Positions 34,266 through 43,261 of a stretch of DNA of 43,261 nucleotides are shown here, one piece after another; the stretch's first letter is position 1; each line of letters begins with the position of its first letter. The stretch comes from Octopus sinensis (Eukaryota). Both the position numbers and the translations under genes were made by a program. Location of the stretch: NCBI RefSeq assembly GCF_006345805.1, contig NW_021835046.1, forward strand, positions 1 through 43,261, written 5' to 3'. Under the pieces are notes generated by a model. The model did not search any database and was not told the origin of the DNA. It worked only from the letters and a program-made list of their open reading frames with translations.

Positions 34266-34777
34266 ATTAGCCAACATAATAGGAAGCTAATTGAGATTAG
34301 ACATGGTGCCGAGCCCATTAAGAAATGTAATTGTAAAAACGAAAGCTCCTGTCCGTTAGAAGGGAAATGTCTAGTGAAAGGAGTAGTTTATAGAGCCAAG
34401 GTGCAAGTGGAAGGCTCATCGGAATACAAGACATACACAGGGGCTTCAGAAAATTCATTTAAAACAAGATTTTATTCTCATAAGAATTCTTTTAAATACC
34501 CAGAGAATAGGAAGAAAACCAGCCTAGCAAAATATGTCTGGGAACTAAAAGAAAAGGAAGCCCCACCTTTCAACGTGACATGGAGCATTCTGGACAGGGC
34601 GGCACCATACAGGCATGGAGCTTACAAATATAATTTCAAGTGCAAGCTTTGCTTATTAGAAAAATGCACATATTATTCAAAGACAATAATTCTTTGAATC
34701 AAAGAAGTGAGTTAATGAACTTATGTAGGCACGCGGCTAAATTTAAAATGTCGAATATAAATATACCATATGGATAG
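34266..34777 (+). pseudogene. PLE GIY-YIG endonuclease (probably Naiad-type), one frameshift near 34665
   Basis: ISQHNRKLI..KKCNCKNESSCPLEGKCLVKGVVYRAKV..YTGASENSFKTRFYSHKNSF..LAKYVWELK..CKLCLLEK/HILF..LNQRSELMNLCRHAAKF. Confidence 0.88.
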
Positions 34778-35786
34778 AGTATATATTTTATATTTTGTAT
34801 TTGATTTTGATTTTGATTTTGACTCTTAAGCGCTACGACGGATCTATAGCAAAGTCTTATTGTTTCTACATATATATTAGGAAAAACCTACAAACTTTGT
34901 TTTCATGTTATTGTATTGCATAGGATTACCTTGATTATTTATATTACCTTGATTATTTATAAATGACCCAAAATAGGATGTTATATTTTATTTTATATGT
35001 CTTTCGTATATATTTTTATTAATGCACCCATTTTTTAAAAGCAATGTTTTTTTAAAAAAAGCAATGTTGTCAAATTTAGAATGTTTATATAAGTTTGTGT
35101 ATAGCAAAGCATATGTATTTGTAAGCATGCGTATCTGTGTATGTGTAAGTGAAAGTATGCTTGTGCTTAAGCACGCATACACACGACGGTATGTATATGT
35201 ATCAATTCAAACTTGTGTATGTATACTGGCCTCTATAGATGCCAATAACATCGCTACAAGTTCCCCCCCACCCCTCTTTCGTTCCTTTTTTCTCTCTTTC
35301 CTTTCTTTCGTTCCCCCTCCTTGCTCAGTATATGAGAATTGCTACATAGATGAATTTTAGCTTGCGTGCGAGACGGTTTGCGTGAATATATGTACACATG
35401 CTTTTATGTGTATAATTTAGATTCATATTCATACGTCTGTATATGTATGTATGGCGTTTACGCGCATCCTTTGTGTATGTTGATATATATATGTGGATTT
35501 TAATATAAATATATATTGCAGTATTTATAACAGGTTAATTTCTATGCATTAATTTGTACTGTCTTCATTAACGGCAATAGGTTTTTCCTCGGTTTTTTCC
35601 TCGGATTTTATAATTTTTATAATTTTTATAAGTTTTTTATATATATATACATATATTTTGACCTTTTTGTTTATCGCTCGAAGATTGACCGTTTTTTCTA
35701 AAGGGCCAATCAAACAAGTCATTTCTTTTTAAAGGTGTAGCGTTTGTAAGAGTATAGATTGAATTAATATATATGTTCCATTCTAG

Positions 35787-35836
35787 CAAAAACTGTCTGA
35801 TGAACGGCAACGAGAAACTCAGAGTAACAGATTTTG
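35787..35836 (+). ncRNA. Minimal type I hammerhead ribozyme motif at the pLTR 3' end
   Basis: CAAAAACTGT-CTGATGA-ACGGCAACGA-GAAA-CTCAGAG-TA|ACAGATTTTG; stem I pairs 9/10; stem II closing pair is non-canonical. Confidence 0.6.
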
Positions 35837-36154
35837 TTGAATTTTCTGCTGCTTAAAATAAAGCATATTACTCTACCACTGGTATTTGAGTACTCTTTTT
35901 TCCACCTTGTTTCACATTTATGTGTTTACTCCGGTCTATATATATATATATATATATATATAGGTTAGCTGAGTTAGAGGTTAAACTAACCATCTAAGGG
36001 ATAGAACTATCCGTTCAACTACTGGTATATTACCTATGTTTAACCATGGGCTTAACATATACAAGCATATTATGAATTAATAAGTAGAAATATAGATGCA
36101 AGTCAATTGATGTTCATTGATATTTCTCCATTTTCTGTCTTCTTTAAATTTATG

Positions 36155-36208
<54 letters not shown>

Positions 36209-36329
36209 ATATGCATATATATATGTGTGTGTGTGTATGTATGTATATATTACAATGAATTGTGCATTGTGTGGTTTTAATTTTTGAAGGTGCCCCGGCA
36301 TCATTTCAGAGAAGTATAGCTGCTATTCC

Positions 36330-36499
36330 TAGCAGGTCAAGCCAAAACGTAACTGTTTGTTCGTTTGATCGTTATTGCTGTTTTTGTTGCCGGCGTCTTT
36401 GTTGTTGCTGTTGTTGTTGTTGCTACGAATTGCCATTACAGGGACAGTTATTGTTTGCTGGTATTTCAGCGGCGGATAATGTCATTGTTGTTGCTTTTA

Positions 36500-36536
<37 letters not shown>

Positions 36537-37195
36537 ATTTTGGTTGTTGTTGTTGTTTTTGTTGCTTTTGTTGTTGTTGTTGTTGTTGCTAAAATAATCC
36601 TCCCCATTCACCAGAAATAGTTTATAGCTTGCAGGGAAACAAATGATATTAATAATCTCCATGGCAACACCATCGGAGCGAGTAGCTTGCAAATTCCTAA
36701 TTAATAATGATGATGATGATGATGATGAAGAGGAGGACGACGACGACGACGATAACGACTGTGATGATGATGAGGAGGAGAATGATGTGGAGGAGGTGTA
36801 GGAGGGAAGGAATAGGGTGAAGGTGGAAGTGGTGGTGGTAGTCGTGGGTTGATAGTGGTGATGATAATAATGATGTCAACGACAGTGATGATGACGTGGA
36901 TGATGGTGGTAGTGGTGATAGTGGTGGTGGTGGTAGTGATGGTGGTGGTGGTGGTTGTGGTGATGACGGTGATGATGGTACCGGTGCTGATGGAAGTGAT
37001 GCTAGCATTGTATTAGGCATGAGAATGGCGATAAAGAAATAATCATATTTCAGATGATGATTCATGATGATTATGATGATGATGATGACGATGATGATGA
37101 CGACGACAACAACGACGACGGCAACGACGACGATGATGATGATGATAGTGATGATGATGATGGCGATGATGACGACGGCGACGACGATGATGATG

Positions 37196-37253
<58 letters not shown>

Positions 37254-37500
37254 CGATGGCCGTGATGACGGTGATGATGTGGATGATGTGAATGATGACG
37301 ACGTGGGTAATAATGATGACTAGTGGCTGGTGCTCGTGACAATAATGATGGTGATGATGATTATCTTACTCAAAGAAGAAGCAGTCACTGTAGCAACAGC
37401 AGCGGTGGTGGTAGTGGTGGTCGTCGTCGTCGTGGTCATCGTGGTCGTCGTAGTCGTGGTCGTTGTGGTGACGGTTGCGGCGGTAGTAGTAGTAGTAGTG

Positions 37501-37533
<33 letters not shown>

Positions 37534-37650
37534 ATAGTGATGGTGTTGGTGGTGGTAGTAGTAGTGGTGGTGGTGGTGATAGTGGTAGTAGTAGAAGCAG
37601 TAGTTGGAATAGCAGCAGCAGTAATAGTAGTTGTAGTTGGTATTAGTAGT
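36330..37650. repeat. Long mosaic trinucleotide array (GTT/GCT, GAT/GAC/GGT, GTA/GTG/GTC)
   Basis: Direct reading; source of the poly-L/C/D/H/T/V ORFs. Confidence 0.9.
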
Positions 37651-38811
37651 AAAACTGCACATCCATACGAGATGCTTCCGCAAGCCGAATACCGCAGTAT
37701 CATGGCGTTCATAAAAAAATAGCCACGTTAAGTATGATAGAGAGATTACTATTCCTGACTAATATTGCTTCCGTCGCAATTAATTAATTTTTTCCCCAGA
37801 CCGCCAAATATTTGCGACATATTGACTGACTAATCACCGATTTTTTCTTTACATCAGTGCGGCCCAAGTTTTACTAGTATGTGGTGGTTGTTTTACAAGT
37901 ATGCTGATGATGCGCAACCACAAAGAAATCACGTGATCAACAGTTCAACCACTGGTGCAGGACACTTTCTGTCCGCTACTGGTATTTCCGTGCTTTCTGG
38001 TACTACACGTCTATGCGAGAAACTCTAAACGAATACTGCAGTATTATGGATTTCATAATGAACAGCCATATTAAGTACGATATAACGACTGTTGAATTAA
38101 ATTTATATATATATATAAATATAAAATTGAAGAAAATTGGGGTCAACATGACGGAATACGGTTGGACATTTATTTTCAATCACTACAATTGTTTCTACGC
38201 AACGTAGTTTTCCAGGCGTGAAACCTGAAGGTGGACGAGCTTTATAATGTACTCTACTGCATCCTTAACATAATATACCATAACTACATATATATATATA
38301 TATAGCTGTGTGCCTGCACGTCTTCAGGTGAAACGTGAATGGCGTATAAAAACTACGACAGTTACTCCGGTAGAATTTTATTCACTAACGCCGTAAAAGA
38401 TTACATTATGATATATATAACCCTCAATTACCAAGTAAAATTTTAAACAGGTATGATTTTAAAGAGTCGAGCAGGACATAGCCAACATTTTCCTTGATGA
38501 TGGTGAATTGTATATCATGATATAATTTTTTACGAGGCAGCAGTCACGAAGTTTGAACGCCTTTCGTGTTTACCCTTTTGTACCTACGCGACACCAATTT
38601 AGCAGCTTATTACTGGGGAGTCGGATCGATGGTTACAAATTGGATTTGGTACTTGAATATCTACTTGAATATCCTGGGTACACTTGACGTCTACAATGTT
38701 GTTTTATTGCCCCCTGAGCACTATGTGATGATACCTAACCATTTCGTGGCGCCTTACATGTTGATGCGTCTTGATTATTAAGGAATCCTTACATCTGATA
38801 TATATATTCTC

Positions 38812-39021
38812 TCTTTTTTACACTTTTACTGGTTTCAATCATGTGACTGTGGCCATGCTGGAGCACCGCCTTTAGTCGAGCAAATCGACCCCAGGACTTA
38901 TTCTTTGGAAGCCTAGTACTTATTCTATCAGTCTCTTTTACCGAATCGCTAAGTTACGGGGACGTAAACACACCAGCATCGGTTGTCAAGCGATGTTGGG
39001 GGAACAAACACAGCCATACAA

Positions 39022-39068
<47 letters not shown>

Positions 39069-39240
39069 CATATATACGACGGGCTTCTTTCAGTTTCCGT
39101 CAACCAAATCCACTCACAAGGCTTTGGTCGGCCCGAGGTTATAGTAGAAGACACTTGCCGAAGGTGCCACGCAGTGGGACTGAACCCGGAACCATGTGAT
39201 TCGTAAGCAAGCTACTTACCACACCGCCATTCCTACGCCT
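38812..39240 (-). mobile_element. SINE-B full length
   Basis: GGCCATGCTGGAGCACCGCC...CCACACCGCCATTCCTACGCC. Confidence 0.92.
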
Positions 39241-39324
<84 letters not shown>

Positions 39325-39325
39325 G
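39240..39325. repeat. (GATA)n
   Basis: Direct reading. Confidence 0.95.
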
Positions 39326-40021
39326 TAAATGTATTAGTATAAATATTATAGGAGCAGAGTTTACGAAAATCGTGAAGCTGAGGGAAATAATATATGCATA
39401 TTCAAAGAGAAAAAGAAATATGAAAAGATAAATACGTAAATACATAATAATGAGTTCAGAAATGGCGTGTCCTGTTTAAAATTGTATATCTAGAATAAAA
39501 TCGCGTGTATGAAATAAAAATAAAATACAAATGGATGCAAATATAAAATGGTTCTTGGTGATAAACTAAAGAAAACGCATACTGAAAATTTTGTGCTGCG
39601 CGCAAGGGGTCTAGTAATGATAAAAAAAAATAGGTAAGAAAAGAAATAGGTGAATTTCTTTTTTTAAATGAACGAGAAATCTTTCAGTAATGGAGACAAG
39701 AAACGTAATGAAAATAACTGCGAAATTTCAAGAGTATTTCTTTTTTTTTTTCAGATAATTTCTAAATGGATAAGGTATAATCTGTTTTTGGGGGGATTTC
39801 TAAGGGACAATAGATAATTAGGAACGTATTTACAAGTTGATAAATGCTAAGGTACTAAGTTCAGACTTTTAAGAATTTGAGGAAGACATAAGCTGTTTCT
39901 CAGTTAGACATAAATAACACACAGTTGTTATTGAAAATTTCGTGTCTGCACGATATCGCAATTCTAGTATTGAAGAACTTATCTTAACTCTATATGGGCT
40001 ATTATGTATATATATATAAGT

Positions 40022-40079
<58 letters not shown>

Positions 40080-40103
40080 AGTATATGTACATACATCTAT
40101 ACG

Positions 40104-40173
<70 letters not shown>

Positions 40174-40280
40174 TATATATATATATATATATATAATATT
40201 ATATATAAATATATATAGAACGACCCTCATCAGTGTTGGTTGTTTCTCTACTCTCGTGTTACGAGCATTTAACACTATGC

Positions 40281-40311
<31 letters not shown>

Positions 40312-42520
40312 AGTATCTGAAAGAATGGAGTTGAACGACTAGTTAACAAATATCCTTTTTTCTCGACATAAGGAATAAGGAGTACATTATGCAGATTTCT
40401 CTTCAGGAAAATCAAGGAAACTTATGTCGACATCAAAATACACAAAAAACTTGTAGCTGACCGCTCTCAAGGAGCCCATGGCGATAATGAGTGTCTCTTT
40501 ATAATGAGTGACGTCAGAGTGGATGAATGTAGAAGAATCTGGAAGTTTCTAAAGGTTAAAGAGTTCAAACGATGTAGGAGGAGGGAGGCATAAGAATAGT
40601 AAGGTGAGAGAGTGCAGGTCAAAAGAATGGTGGGTTTAAATGATATCTTTTGTGAATGAGTGCCTGTGTGTGTGACTGTATATAACTGTCTTAATGTATG
40701 TATGTGTGTGTCTGAATGCGTGATTGTGTTTGTGGATGGGTAGAAGTCAGAAAACTGACAGCTGTGAGTTGAAAGATCTCTATCTGTGTGTTCGATTATG
40801 TTTACTGTAGGGAAAGGAAAGTAGATAGCGAAAGGGAGAAAGAATCTGGCGAGGTGAGAGGCAACGCAAGAATGGATAGTAGTAATTGGGAATATAAGAA
40901 AATCTTTTTTGACTATTGGGGTGAAATATAGCCAAAAAAATTTTTGGGAATTCGGAGTTTATCTATATTAGTCACTATTTATATGAATGAAAGGTGGTCT
41001 TTCGAGTATAGCACCTGTAGGATCTTTCGACGATTGTGTTTATTAAGGGGCCTTTGTCGAACAAAATATGAAAAGTTCGGAATTACAGATGCCACAAAAT
41101 TTCTGCCTTTATCAAACGGAAGGACACCGACAAAATGGACCATTCGAGCTTGAACGTAATGTTATTGTTCTTCAGACGGACCAAAAATTTGCTTAGCCCC
41201 ATGCTGTGTTGCTTTCTCTTATCTCTGAAAGTGGAATAATGGTTGGAGACTCTTTGGGCTTAATTTAGAAGAGGTTGCGCCAATATAGAAGTAGACATCG
41301 GTTCCAGAAGAGATTTTGCATTGGTAGTGGTTTTTCTAATTTTGGAATTTTTGGATAAGAACTTTAATCTGTTGGGGTTGGTTCCGATACTAAGGCAGAG
41401 TTTTTATTGTTGTGATAGGTGTAAAAATTGTTGCTGGTTTTGGCTATGATACTATTCATCTTATTATCATTACTATTAGTTATAATATCGTCGGCAAATT
41501 CCCTGCTATAGGAATGCTGCGATTGTTATCATCCAATAATATAACTGTTATTAAGAATACTGGTACTATTACCACTAAAACTACCACTGTTAATATCTGG
41601 CTAATGTTATTATCATTATTACTATTGCTAACGCTAATGTTGCTATGAATGTTGCTAATCCCATACTACTTCTATTATTATTATTATTGTATGTTACGTT
41701 GGAATGGGTAAGGGCGGTGTCGCTACTCATGGGTGGAGAGACCCTATTTAGCAGCTTATTATTGTGGAAGCTATTATCTGCGAAAGATTTTTAGTATTTG
41801 AGAATGCTATTCTTACTTTATGCGAATTTATAGTGGATAGTATCTAGAATTCTTAGGAAAATTCTTAGTAACGGCTTTCACGGATTGTAAAGGGAGATTA
41901 GCCCTGATTTGTCTCCCGAAGGACTCACAAGCACCAGATATAGTTTTTTTTTATTCTTGGAATGGCTGAGAGTGGTGACATTTACATTAAAGGTATATTT
42001 CTGTGTTGTAGAATGGGTTTTGGTTTACGTCTGGCCCCCCTGGTCCGTAAGTTATTATTGTAAAATATATTTGTGTCGACGTTGCTAGAGTTGAAATCAC
42101 TATTTATGTCATTTATTTATTATTAGAAGTTATCTTATCTTGATGGGCAGATTAGTTTAGGATGGGCCGGATCGATATAATATACCTTATCCCTTTAACC
42201 GGCTTTTGACAAGCGGGATTATAAATTCTGCTTTCTGTTTAAAAATGTCGACATTTGCTGATAACTTATATAGTCTTCAGGATATATTTTTAACCAAATT
42301 ATCGGTGATAGTTTTTGCATGGTTACTGAAAATACTGACATATTTTAGGTTCGTAGACGGCTTATGGTAAGGGAAGTAAGAATTATTATGCAAATTTAGG
42401 GTAACATCTATGCCCTAGCGACGTAGCTTCAACCGTGTTCTTTCTGATGTGAATTTGCTACCCAGGTATCGGTTATCTTTCGAATTATCCTTAATAAGAT
42501 AATTCATTCAATTACTCAAA
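40312..42520 (-). mobile_element. Decayed 5'-truncated Penelope-like element (RT thumb, linker, GIY-YIG, pLTR)
   Basis: Minus strand: DVTLNLHNNSYFPYHKPSTNLKYVSIFSNH..; KNFPKN..INSHKVRIAFSNTKNLSQIIAS; FYIGATS..RVSNHYSTFRDKRKQHSMGLSKFLVRLKNNNITFKLEWSIL; (TA)n at both ends. Confidence 0.8.
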
Positions 42521-42544
42521 TATATATATATATATATACGTCTA

Positions 42545-42803
42545 TTCTTTTATTCTTTTACTTGTTTCAGTCATTTGACTGGGGCCATGCTAGAGCACCG
42601 CCTTTAGTCGAGCAAATCGACCCCAGGACTTATTCTTTGGAAGCCTATTACTTATTCTACCGTTTTTTTTCCGAACCGCTATGTTACGGGGACCCAAACA
42701 CACCAAGCAACGGTTGTCAAGTAATGTTGGGGGGACAAACGCAGACACACAACATATACATACATAACACACACCCATATATATATATTATATATATTAT
42801 ATA

Positions 42804-42843
<40 letters not shown>

Positions 42844-43117
42844 TTTTATATTATATATATATATTATATATATATTATATATATTATATATATATATTAT
42901 ATATATATATATATTATATATATATATATAGGATAGATATATAGATAGATAGATAGATATACTACGGGCTTCTTCTTTCAGTTTCCGTCTACCAAATCCA
43001 CTCACAAGGCTTTGGTCGGCCTGAGGCTATAGTAGAAGACACTAGCTCAAGGTGCCACGCAGTGGTACTAACGCGGAATTATGTGGTTAGTAAGCAAGCT
43101 ACTTACCACACAGCCAT
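42545..43117 (-). mobile_element. SINE-B full length with expanded internal (TA)n
   Basis: Both halves match the other copies. Confidence 0.88.
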
Positions 43118-43261
43118 TTAGAGTCAACAAGAAGGAGTACAGTTAGACAACTATTTAATAAACACTACACATGTTTCGTTACAATAGTGATCCACATATA
43201 CACGGGATTTAAATTAAACAACGGTTTACCTGTATGATGAAACCCAGTTGTATCTCCTCCA

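Larger units (their letters stand above)
33173..35940 (+). mobile_element. 5'-truncated Penelope-like element with inverted pLTR: 1.1-kb arms 33173-34267 / 34770-35863 around an endonuclease remnant
   Basis: Arms are near-identical reverse complements (mirror peptides in the ORF track); extra 3' tail 35864-35936; (TA)n on both sides. Confidence 0.9.

Noticed and set aside
34695-34697. TGA in the PLE endonuclease as a possible selenocysteine codon (reported for some Naiads)
   Set aside because: All conserved Cys are TGT/TGC, and the TGA arises from a frameshift; homology continues in another frame (LNQRSE..CRH)

Overview
Repeat-saturated eukaryotic DNA with no supportable host protein-coding gene. 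The repeat families and the (TA)n/(AAT)n load look like an octopus (cephalopod) intergenic or intronic region; this assignment is inferred from recalled repeat families, not from a search. Nearly all ORF-track entries are microsatellite artefacts. Real content: (1) at least 7 decayed R4/Dong-type non-LTR retrotransposon fragments (RT / CCHC / RLE nuclease), most sitting in (AAT)n arrays; (2) five copies of a ~550-bp non-coding, (AAT)n-tailed element with no tRNA head ('element C'), stacked in the same arrays; (3) about 19 copies of tRNA-derived SINE-A, 8 of CORE-like SINE-B, and 3 other tRNA SINEs; (4) a Penelope-like element (PLE) cluster in (TA)n at 32.5-36 kb and 40.3-42.5 kb. This cluster holds a GIY-YIG remnant between 1.1-kb inverted arms, a miniature fold-back PLE, and four readable type I hammerhead ribozyme motifs; (5) MITEs and DNA-transposon relics (hAT-like, Tc1, Tigger, mariner, a TTAGGG-containing MITE), CR1/L2-type and L1/Tx1 LINE relics, and two tandem satellites. 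The most interesting signals are two microsatellite-targeted retroelement guilds: (AAT)n with Dong, element C and SINE-A, and (TA)n with hammerhead-bearing PLEs. All translations and alignments were done by eye, so boundaries of old copies are approximate.
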